A DNA stretch of 64,000 nucleotides from Balanoglossus misakiensis (lineage: Eukaryota > Animalia > Hemichordata): contig CM082583.2 in the NCBI GenBank assembly GCA_040954595.2, positions 5,764,849 to 5,828,848 of the forward strand, read 5' to 3'. Below are positions 11,286-22,796 of this stretch, in pieces. Position numbers and translations under genes: made by a program. The stretch's first letter is position 1, and every line of letters starts with the position of its first letter. The notes below the pieces were generated by a model. The model was not told the origin of the DNA and searched no databases. It saw nothing but the letters and a program-made list of their open reading frames with translations.

Positions 11286-12728
11286 ATTCCCAACTCGTGG
11301 CGCCGTGCCGTGGCGGTGCAATTGGCGAAAATGCGGTTCTTGAAAAAAAAATAATGCGCGTGTATCTTCTTAAGAAGGATGAAAACTGGGCATTCGCGGT
11401 CTGCAGTTTGGTGATGGAGTTGAAAATAAAACTCGCAGCAAAGCGTGCAAGGAGCTCATTCCAGATGCTCTCACAGTACACACGCCGTCTAAACTTAGAA
11501 CAATCTCGTCCAGGCTCGACTCTACAGGGACAAGAAGGTTTATTGAATGAATGTGTGCAGTCTTTGCTCAAGGGAGGAGATTTACGTTTTGCTAGGCGAC
11601 GATTAATGCTTTGAATCGACATGAAATTGAACCAGGACCGATCTGCTGCTAAATAGATTGTCCCGTGTCCAACTATTCATTATCTCCAACCCCCTAGCAC
11701 GTTGGATTTACAGTCTGGTCTGCGTAATTCACAATTAGTAGGCAAGTTATCGTGTAAGCTGGCAAAGCCACGCCGCGCTCCTGCCACCATAGTGTCAGGG
11801 CACCTTAAGATAACTTTTTGTAATTTACTACCCAGGGCTGTCACGCTTAGCCTGCCCCCGTGAACAGTACGTGTTCAGGGAAGGATTTGTCGGGATTTCG
11901 TTCCATTATGCACGCATGAGCGAGCAAAGCCCATCTCACAAATATTACAAGCGATTATATTGCGATAAACCTTAATTTCTAGTTCTCGCCTAGCGATCAC
12001 TTCCCCCCTAGCATTAAAAGCATATTGTCCACCACTGGTATATTTTGAACACGGGGATAATAATGTAACTTGCCACGTGACGCCCGGACGTTGTATCCAT
12101 TTTCGAGTTCCTGTTGGTGCTTTTAAAATTCAAGTCTTAACTCGCTTTAAATTTGAAAAAAAAACAAAGTTGGTTAGCCTTTGACCAAAAAACACACTCT
12201 TTTATTTGTGAAAACACGCAGCAGTTCTGATCAGTAGTTCCTCGTCGCACAGAAAATACTATTTGTTTCAATCGTCTCAGAAAAAAATGTTAACATACAT
12301 TTGTTTGCTTCTTGTGCTCCAATTTCTCCACTCCAATTATGTCGCTCCTTATATGCTTGAGTGACTATATCTATGAGCCATTTTCTGGGGTCAGCGTAGT
12401 GAAGTTCGTCTCGATATCTTTATCCAAGCGTACATTTGACAATTTCACACAGTAATTGAGTTGAATGTTTAGCCTATAAATGCTAGTTCAGCCGAGGCTG
12501 TGCTACGTGTAAATGTCTACAGATATCCGTGTATTCACAGTCGAATGTTCTTCCAGGCTGCGTTCTATGAAATGTTTATAATCATGTAATACTATTCTGA
12601 AGAAGACGGTTTCGTTTTTTTGTAATCTGTGTCAAAACGCAATTCGTACCTTCTACAGTAAGAGTCATAGTGTATAACGTTTGTATATTATACATCTTAT
12701 GTGTATATGGCGTAGATCCATTTCGCGA

Positions 12729-12780
12729 AATAAAAAAAATGTTTTAATAAATGAAAACAAATGCTTCATACTGTGTTTAT
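12729..12780 (+). terminator. Candidate polyadenylation region of the GPCR transcript
   Basis: AATAAA occurs at 12729-12734 and 12746-12751, preceded by several TGTA motifs in AT-rich sequence and followed by GT-rich TGTGTTTAT (~12772-12780). A proximal AATAAA also exists at 11425-11430. Confidence 0.5.
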
Positions 12781-15700
12781 TGCATTCAAATAAGGCAAAA
12801 AAATCTGGTCCAAGTCATCTGCTGAAATCGGCTCGTTAAACTGTCAAACGCTATGAAATTCCAACGTGACGTACATGAAGTATAATTAAAGGTACGTCTA
12901 GCCAATGAACCCTTTGGTACTTCGGGAGACAAAATGTTAGAGATGTTGTCGAAGCCGACGCTATATCGCCTTAATTTCCGTGCCACGCATTTCAATACAG
13001 ACGGCAGCCTCTGTTTCTCTGACAACCGTTCTATGTCAGGATGTGTGCGGTGTCGTAAAAAAGGAAACACCTTTTGCGTAGTAAATGAATATTAGGGCCC
13101 TCTTTGTCGAAGAGGCTTCGCCGAAATTGTCATCTCTGCCGAGATTGCGCCGACGAGATTAATTGACTAAGATCCAGACAGTTGCAGCGCGCAGAATCGT
13201 GCGCGTTCTATCACCACTTGGTGACGCGGGACTCATTGTGTTTCCATCACACCCGAGCGCGCGCAGTTCTCGGTGAAATTTCCCGCGTTTGGTGTCTCAG
13301 TAGCAGGGGCATGTCGGTATGGCTTTTTTATGACTCTCAGAAAGAGTTAATGACTTGGTTGAAACGGCCCACGTCGTCTTCTTTTGACAAACACGGTTTC
13401 TCAGATCCTATACAAGGATTACTCTGCATTTCTATGATTTAAGACGTAGCAGAATAGCCGGGACGCTGGCGCTGAAAAGTCGGTGCCATAAAAGAAGATT
13501 TATGGGGCAGTTTTCTCGTTTCAATATAATTTTTATAATCATGCCGATGTGAATCATGTCTATTATGGCGGCAAACCGTTTATAGTTACTGTTAGACCTT
13601 ACAAGGTCAATCAATACGGGCGAAACTCTTTTGAATTTGATGGGTTCTGCCACAGAGATGATAAACTGCAGCCATTGTTGACTTACAAACAAGTATGGCC
13701 GCACTATATTTGTAGACAGCAGGGGACGTGATTTGCTCACGACAGAACGCTGTGCACGTCAATAGACAAATTGACACCTTGTTTACCATAGCAATAGCTT
13801 GTCGGCTGACCGCTTAATATAGACAATTTGGGTCTAGGGGGACTCCAGGGAAAATGGGTTCGATGATTAATTGGCTTGACAGGTGTGCTGTATTGTTTTG
13901 ACCAGTAATTTACAATATTTTTTATGATGATGGTTGCCACCCGCAGTCGTGAGGTAATTAGTCGCCTGACAATTGCTCGTTAAAGAAATACCCAAAACAG
14001 AATTGTCTGACATGAAAATGATGTTTTTTGCTTTTGAAATATTACTATGGCAACGCTGTTTATTTGACCCCCCTGTATGCCATGAAGTTCACTGTCCACC
14101 TGACCTCTGAATTCACGAACCCGAATGCAAGCTATCTATAACTGTCTCCAAATGTGTGAAAACTACGCACATGGTAAATTCGCGAGATCAGAAACGTACT
14201 TTGCGTTTCAAGAGGACAGATGCTTAAAAAAATGGGTTCACGTGACCTTTGTCTCTAAAGTTCAATGCGACTGCGTCACAATAGTCTTCAAACAATGCAC
14301 GCTGCAAACAATCCTCCAGAGAAAAATCTATTGATTGAATTACATGCACATGTACGTGACCTCGGTGTGAAATTCTTGGCTTTTACGCGGGAGAAAATGC
14401 ATTCATGGCTGTGGAAATTGCATTGGTTGGTGACGGCGAAAGAGACAATCACTCCAGATGTCAAGAAGACAAATCACTCCCGTGACGTCATACACGCGGC
14501 TGCCAACAAGCTGGAGCTGATTGGTCTAGACGGTGGCAAGGAATGCCATTATTTGGCATGCTGGTGTGTACACACGCAATTCCTCGGAGAGTCAAGGGTT
14601 CACCCATTGAAGGGATCCTTCAGCGAACTGAAGACGACAGCACAGGGCGTAGTCATTGCATTGTGAGGTGCGGGAATGAATATGTCGACCTCGCGTCCAC
14701 TGCTGACGCAAAAGGGATAGTCGCCTTTCGTCTCGTGCACAGCCTTTTCAATAGCGAAATCTCACGTGATGAATTCACAGAGTAGAAGTAAACAAACTCA
14801 TCAACTCCTGATAATAATCCAAAATTACCCAAGTAAACTATGGGAACAGAATCAAACCAAACCAGCAACTGGTTCTGAGGTAAAAGTTTTTTTTTTCTAA
14901 AATCATTCAAATTAAGTCTCATTTAAATGATTGATCCAACTGGTAGTCCTGGAAATATTCACCCCAGATAGCCACCGTACCAGGTTTAAGAAACTTTTAA
15001 GGGTTGAACCATCTGACTACTGGTGGGGGGGGGCTATTCGACGAGCCAGGATTTTCGCAGATCGATGGTTATGGATGAAGAGTATGAAGTAACTGGTCAC
15101 AGGTGACCAGAAACACCAGCAGCATCTACCGTCACCATCAACATGATTTCGCCAACATCACAGGGGCAAACTGGCCATTATATTTAACAAGAAGAGTCTC
15201 TTTTCCACGACCCGAGATTGTGATTGGACGTTTTGACAATTTAGAGTATCATCCGGGAATTTTTTTTGCCGATTTATTTTGGACAAGTCGTGCACGGATT
15301 ACGTGTCTCATGTGGCCCACAGCTCACGGAGCTTGGACTACCGAGAACAGTGTTAAGAGGGCGCTGTTACCAAAGCAAGAACACTATCTGTTGTATCAGA
15401 GATGCCTGTCTTGAGTCTTGCATTCGCGTGGACGTTTATCGCGTTGACTTCTCAGACACACAGCAATAATGATTCTCAAATGGACATGAAATATTAATTA
15501 TGCAGCTTGTTGTATGCGGCCTTGCATGACCCCACTCAATCACCCTACAGGCTTTTATGATGAAATAGTCCCCCTTATTTAAAGGGGAAGTCCCTCAAGC
15601 CATTTTAAACATCCCTCATTTTATCGCGCTAGCTTCAAGACATGAATGCAAATCAACGTGTTACCAAGTTAAACGATTTATGTTTCCGGTATAGAACTTT

Positions 15701-18700
15701 ACATGGATTTTTTTCTTCATGTGACTTACATGCTAATGTGCTAAACCACCTTACAAGATCAATTTGAAAAGCCTTGACCCCTTGATGATTGCCGCCGCCT
15801 ATGTATCCATTATGATTTATGAATGCAAAGCTCCCGCCATTTTATCAACATGCGCATCAATTATGCATTAGAATAATGTCTCCCTCGGGTTATTTGTGAA
15901 TATTTCCTGCGACACAAGGTTTATGCAACTTTTTTAAACATGCAAACTCCCATTTTCTATTTGGGAGGACAATACTGGTTTGCGACAGCTGCCCGCGTCA
16001 TGCAGTGCTGACCGTCATTTCTGTACATTAAAGTTTCAGATATTCGGAAAAAGAATCGGAGTTGTAGAAAATATCCACAAGGCCTGTCACGTTGTTACCA
16101 AACGCCAACGATGTACAACATATAGGCAGAAAATTTAAATAAATAAAACAATAATCACAAAAATCAACATTTGTTTCAAATCACTCTATCCAAACCCTCA
16201 CCGGAAATATCAGATGGTACATCCCTAAAGAGTAGTTTTCGGGGATATTTATTGTTTACAAAATTCAGCATACGCAGAACAAGACAGGCGGCTAATATGC
16301 CAGCGCTCTTGGTCCGATATAGAACGATTGCGTCGGTTTCGTGATGGCAAATTCCAATTAAGGCGCACCAAAAAACACGGGCGTCGTTGCCAGGCACATC
16401 AGCCCACCCAATCAGTGAATTCTGGAGACTGCGCAACAGGAACATTTCACGCATGCGTGCTGCACACCTGTCTTAATTAGACGGAGTAACAACTGGTATC
16501 ACCATCAAGTGCAGAAACACAACCTGTCGTCCATAGCTTACTGTCTTTGAAAGCGGCGTTGCTTCGAACGGGTTTCATCAAATAGGGTGACAGTGCACGT
16601 ATATCGCCCACTCGTTGATAAATTTAGACTCGATATTTTTCATCGCTTCTCAAAACCTGCCTTCATCCCTGTGCCCTGGAGGGGAACTGAGAAATATTGT
16701 AAACCGGTAATTCTAAGAGAGCGCGGCATTCCGGTCTAGGGCTTATCTCGTCTCAGTTTTAAAGAAAGGATTTTTTTTCTCTTCTGATCGGGTTGTGTGT
16801 GATGAAACGGCGTGTTCACTGAGGTTTTATCTTATTTGAACAAATGATTTCCACGCAGCGCCAGCTGTACGCCTCTTTACAAAAGCGACAGCGCTATTGA
16901 TTCCACTCGGCAGGAAATTCATTCGGCAAGAAAACAATACGCCGAGGCCATTTTATGTCATAATCAAATAATAATGTGATAAACCTTCGCGAAAAAAAAT
17001 AAAGAATTTCAAATGAAATCCGTTGACGCAACTAAATAGCATCGATAATGTCGGAAAATGATTTCAGAATTTGATGGTATCGGGTGTTGGACGTAAAAGA
17101 CAGCAACGTGCCGCGGAATGGTAATGCGATGCACTTGTGGCGGTACCAGTGGCCCAGCCTGCGCGATTGGTTTGTATACTGAGGAAATCCTTCCGTCACC
17201 CTCCAACGCCGCAGACGTGTGATGTGTGCACACTTCGCAAAGGTTTCCGCGCAGAAAAAAAAATGTCAAACACATGACGCGAGTCCACATTGTGCGAAAA
17301 TCAACAGTTCCTCCGCCTTTTCCCTCAGAGTCTCATCGCCAACGCGCCTTTTTTTCGCACATCCGGATGAACGACATTTGGGACACTATAGGCTCCCCCC
17401 CAGGAAAGTTCAAGCTGTACACGAGCGCAAAGCATACACCGACTGTATGCATTGGGCAAATCTAATAAAGCGACGCGTCGATAGAAACAGTGGACGCGAA
17501 GTAGGACTTGATAGGTATTGGGAAATGAGAACAAGAACCAATCCCACATCGACAATGAGCAATAATAGGGTCACAGAGGCAACCAGTAACCCTGTTACAT
17601 TCGTAATGTTGTAATAAAAACGTATGATCGAATGTCCTTGCACAGATGGTCGTTTTTTTCGACATCGCATCTGAGTCTCATTTTAACCGAGGAAAACAAA
17701 ACTGAAAACCCGGAGACCCTTTCATTGATTATTGTGACGCTTTCTCCTGTACCAGTTTCGTTGTAAAATCTTTTCTGAGGAAAACGAAATTTTGTATCGT
17801 GTTTTCTGTTTAAAAAATCGAATCGTATAACGTCGGTACATACACGCGGTGCAAAAATAAACCTTGCCAATGTCGTTCACTCACGCAAACATTTTTGCGT
17901 CATTCTTTTTCGCGGAAAAAAACACACAAATACACGAACAAGCATCGTTCATGAATTTGGCGGAGGCCGTGTGATTGACAGGCCAAGGATCTCCAAGAGC
18001 GGCAAACTAATTGATCAGACGTAACCCCTGTTACTTGCCAGAGTGTTCATTTTAGTTAGCATATGGACAAAAAAAACGTCGTTAATTTCCATTCGTGGGC
18101 ATCAACGTCCATTACACGAGCACTCTCTCAGACATTTCTCGGGGAGAAGCAGCGATGAAGAAAGATGTATACTGGCAATTAAGCCCTGAATTGGAAGGAT
18201 CTCTGGCGAGCTGCCGGTCAAGTGCCGGCAAAGCAATTGGACTATCAGCCGCGAGAGGAGCCCGCGTGTACGTGTATTCACCGTCTTAGTAATTATCGTG
18301 ACTCGGGTGACCTTTTCCAGCGCGAGCACTACATGTGTCTGATTCCCTTCCCTTGTACGGAATCCGCGCTGTCAGGAGTAAACAATAAGCACCTCAGAAA
18401 TGAAGTAATTTTCCACCAATCTCACGGGAGACGCCAACAAATCGGTTTAAAAAACGCGAAAACGAGGGACGCCGGGCCGCTCGAGAGAACGCGTCTGATT
18501 CATGTGACTGACAAAGGCGTTCGAAGCAGAAAGAAGTGGGCAGTTCAAAGGCCACGTTTTCCGGCCCAGCGATACGCAGTGAAGTAAGCCTTGCCTTGGA
18601 AAGAGATTTCTATCGACGGCGACAAGACAAAAGAATGACATCATTTTCAATCGACTAATCACATGTGCTGAAACGCACAACGAGTCGTTTTGGGACCTCC

Positions 18701-19306
18701 CGGGTTATTGACATACACATACATAAAGTCCTCGGGATGGTGAAAAAAGTGTATATGGGTGAGTGCGTTGCACAACTATTATATTTACAGTGACAAGAGG
18801 AGAGAAAACAGGAAGATTAAACGTAAATGTCAGTTTAAGAGTTTGTCAATGTCGCAGTTTAAATGAGCGTGAACTTCGCATGCGCCCTGACTTGTTTCCT
18901 CTTGAATTGGACATCGCAGATTAGGGTAGACTGTTAAGAGAGCAAGCGCATAACGCGATCATACTATGCTCGTGACGTATATTCCTCATTGCTGTTGCTG
19001 TAGCGAGGGGACTTCTACTTAGCACACCTATTTATTGTGCTGCCTAAGCTCGATCGTTTACACGGTACCTGCGTACCGGCAGTACGTCTGCGATACTTTA
19101 TAGCTGGCTATATATTTTTCTCGCTTCAGAAACGCAATGTGAGTTGTTGATTAACAGCTTGCCTCGAAGCTGAATTGGTAGCTATATTAATTTTCTGTAA
19201 TTGCTTACATAAAAGCAGAGAGCATTTTAAATCCATAAAACTATATTTCACCGCTGACAGATTTTCTGGGCTGTATGGTGCCCCACACTTATTTAAATTA
19301 GTATCC

Positions 19307-19376
19307 TGTGTGTGCGTGAACGCACGCGCCCGCTCGTGTGCGCGCGTGAGAGCGTGTGCGTGCGCGCGCGCGTGTG
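19307..19376. repeat. Alternating purine-pyrimidine (GT/GC) low-complexity tract
   Basis: TGTGTGTGCGTGAACGCACGCGCCCGCTCGTGTGCGCGCGTGAGAGCGTGTGCGTGCGCGCGCGTGTG. Confidence 0.75.
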
Positions 19377-20364
19377 GTTGATGATGCGCAAACTGTGCAT
19401 CACTTCCAATGAATCCCACCGCTTGCAATTCAGCGTCGCCCCCTTTTTTACATACCGCTATAGACAAACTATCGCTGATAAGACTCGCGGAGGGTTCCTC
19501 ATTTCATAATTTTTTCGGCGTCAGTTCTTTTTACGAGTGAGTGGTCTACGCGATTATTTCTTCTTTATCACTATAATGGAAGACGCTCAGCTGGAAGGTC
19601 TTCGCATTTAGGCTAATTTAACCCCTTTTCCAGTCAATATAGTCAACTTCATCGGCTTTGATGCAAACCGCTTTACAGTGACACCAGTGGCCAATGTCAC
19701 GATATTGAAGTATTTTTTTCTTTATTTCATCATGGGTTCTTTTGAACCCCCAAAATAAAACGAATGTAACCATGGAAACGCGAACCGAAGTCGTGCACGT
19801 CAATCAAGTTATCGCGGTTTGGGTACCAGGCTCATTCGTGACATTGTACGTAAAAGATGAACATGCGCATGTGCCAAACCAGAGACTCTGGTCACATGTT
19901 TAATTCTTCGATATTTTGATCATGTACAAAGAGATGCTGCTAATAGATTGCTTTTAACACAAAGGGATTTTGATATTGAGTGCAAAAAGGGAAGTGCTTT
20001 TCGAAACTCAAATCTTACCAGTTTTTCAATATTGTGGTTCTCTGTGTTTGAGTTATGTCATAATTTATTTCCGATTGTTGATACAAAAGAATGATGTCAT
20101 ACGAAATAATTGCTTTGGTTCATTTCCACTTTATCATCCTTCCTTTCATTCCTTCTTGTCTTTGTTTGCATTTGCGATGACGTCACGGAAATTAGTCTTT
20201 TCTTTTATACACGCTTTTCACATATAAAGAGGCAAGCTGTTGGTTACTGTAAATGACTATGCTCCAACATGATTTTCATTTGGTGTTTTCACTGTGTATG
20301 GAATGTAGCTGGCGGATAGCTTTGGTTGAAATTCGCAAACTGAAGCAAGTGGTATGCTGATTTC

Positions 20365-20388
20365 TCTGTCTGTCTGTCTGTCTGTCTG
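20365..20388. repeat. (TCTG)n microsatellite
   Basis: About six perfect units. Confidence 0.85.
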
Positions 20389-22780
20389 GGGATGAACATT
20401 TTCCAGGGCTATGCCATCTAGACACTGCACATACTTAAGTAATCAAGACAAACTGATGCCGTTCTACCCACACGACACTCTGATTGTGGAAGAGTTCAGC
20501 TTTGATTACATATCCGTTTTCTCGATACTTGTGACCAGACTTCACGCGGCCCAACATACTCGAGGCATAGAACGTTGGCATTTGAAAATACATGTAACAC
20601 AATCGAGTGTAGGCCTTGCTAATAATGTAAAACATACGCATGCGCGAGGAGACCTACAGGCGATCAAATGTACCCCCACTTTGGAAAGATAGTATAGTGA
20701 ATTGACGAGAGTTAGGTTCGAAACCTAATTTTAATCAAAATAAAATGTGTAATTTTACTGGTATTCTTTCGAGTGTATTTACAAAGCTGGCCACTTTTAA
20801 AATTAGGTAAAAATAGCTACAGGAAGCAGTTATCTGAGTAGTTGGAACCTCTTGTGTCGATTTATATATATTATGACCGATCGAAATTCTCATTTTAACA
20901 AACTCACTCTGGTAAGATGTGGAACAAACGGGATTGCTAATGACATTGGGTAAAATACATTGACTAAAATCTGGTCGTTTACGACAAAAAGTCTTAAGAG
21001 CGATTGCACATGTGAAAAAAATAGTTGTATACGTTTCCCACTAATGACTCTGAATGATTAAATGTGATTTAAAAATAACAGTATTAAAATGCTTTGCCTT
21101 TACTGTGCAGCTACAATACTAATTTAAATGCTGGTTGATTTTCTTCTCGCCAGTAAGTGCTATTTTCCCTATATATAATTATTTAATGTAATTTATACGG
21201 TGTTTGTCGAAATGACGTTTCGCGTGTACGTGTACACGTAATTACCTTTTTTTCGCCTGACTATGTGTGACAACTTCGCGACCTTGATATTGATAACAGA
21301 TAATCGCTTCCACCAATTTCTATTTAATCTCATAAAGCATTCAAAATGACATTTGGATTGAACAATCTCTGAGGGACCTTGGATTGACTTATGTTTATCT
21401 GACCCCAAAAGCGGAATAGTGACACCTACATGTACGAGGGGAAATTCATTAAGAATACTGTAGTTATGAACCCGGTAACACAAGCCTTTCGCGGTCTTTT
21501 GGTATACGATCACAGCAAGTCCTGTACAATTGTAAACCAGGAAATGTGATTTTTTTTGCAGATGAACGAAAAATGGGGCAAATATAACGGGTGGCTATTT
21601 TTAACGGCATATACAAAACAACTACTTGTTTTTCATAAACACATGTCTGGCTTCGCATCCTGGGAATGACGTCACTGCGGATGTAAAATCCCTTTATTTT
21701 CGAAAATAATCTGACTCAAACTGGTCAACATATGCAAATCGTGTTATTGCCATTCAATTATAAGTTTATCGTACATACATGTAATTAATAGGCTTATTCA
21801 GCCACCATAAACTCTATTGAAACTTACAAATGTATCGAAATGCAAAACGTCTGGAAATATTATTAAACTCTGAAATTTGTGTTAGCCCTTGAGTGCTTCA
21901 ACACGTTCTATGAAGTGGGCAGGTGTCAATAGAAGAAATTTAGTTTTATTTAACGATATGATACTGTTAAGTATGCTTGATTTTGGAAAATTCATTGATC
22001 TGGTTTTACGATCACAATTCTCTAGTGAACATATAGCGAACTTCTGCATTTAAGAAAAGTGGAATAACCTTTAAGTTACTTGGTAAATGCGATTTTCAAT
22101 GCAACACTAATGTGTGTCCATGCTATTCGACTGCTGTTTTATTTATTTTAAGACTGCGCTGCAGATAGTATACAGCTACTGTTCGTGTTCCACTGATAAT
22201 GGGCATAAACATTTCATACTGAGAATCTCTACTCCATCTTAAATAATGGATTATGTGTCCTCAATTCTTCACTATACTGGCACGATTTCCAGTTCCAATG
22301 CTGAATTCTAAAGTCCAAGTGTGTCTTTCCGGAATAGTTCTCCTTGGATTTGCCTCCTATATACGTCTTTTATGTTTATAAATGGATGTGTCAGAAATCG
22401 TGCATGGCTGTTGACAATTCCCTAATCCCCTGGTAGCGCCTATCCCACACAGAAACACTTGGAAGTTTAAAAGTGCGTGCGTCATCATGGCCTGTACAAT
22501 CATCGATTCACGTGATAACAACTGATAACACCCGACCCAGTACTTGATTTATCCCACCGCCGACTCTCATTTCCACAACCGTATCTGGACGATCTGTACA
22601 ATTTATGTGAGTTTAGTAGACTCTGTCCAGATCAGCTAAATTCGCTCTGATGGTGTCAAATGGATGGAGTTCTAAGTGCTTAGGAATATCGGGGTCTTAT
22701 CTCAATCAACACGTGCTTTCCGGGGCGACGATGAGATTCAGCCTAAGTTCCCTGAAAACAATGTAGAACACAAGGTCTTA

Positions 22781-22796
22781 CCCCCCCCCCCCCCCC
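22781..22796. repeat. Poly-C run (C16)
   Basis: 16 consecutive C. Confidence 0.9.

Noticed and set aside
10403-11622. Overlapping alternative-frame and antisense ORFs (10403-10684, 10446-10844, 10529-10894, 11041-11343, 11052-11321, 11254-11622, 11297-11614)
   Set aside because: These are shadows of GC-rich codon usage in the GPCR, or short chance ORFs in the 3' UTR, with no recognisable domains.
6278-11808. TTAA-flanked inverted ends (TTAAGGTACCC ... GGGCACCTTAA) bracketing the GPCR like a Kolobok/piggyBac element
   Set aside because: Similarity is limited to about 11 nt, there is no transposase remnant, and TTAAGG/CCTTAA words occur many times in the window.
13549-14785. ORFs 13549-13731, 14265-14666 and 14543-14785 as exons of a second gene
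   Set aside because: There is no recognisable domain, codon bias or consistent splice frame. The region is better explained as motif-rich non-coding DNA.
15578-15600. TTAAAGGGGAAGT, resembling a Kolobok-type MITE terminus
   Set aside because: No matching inverted terminus was found downstream.
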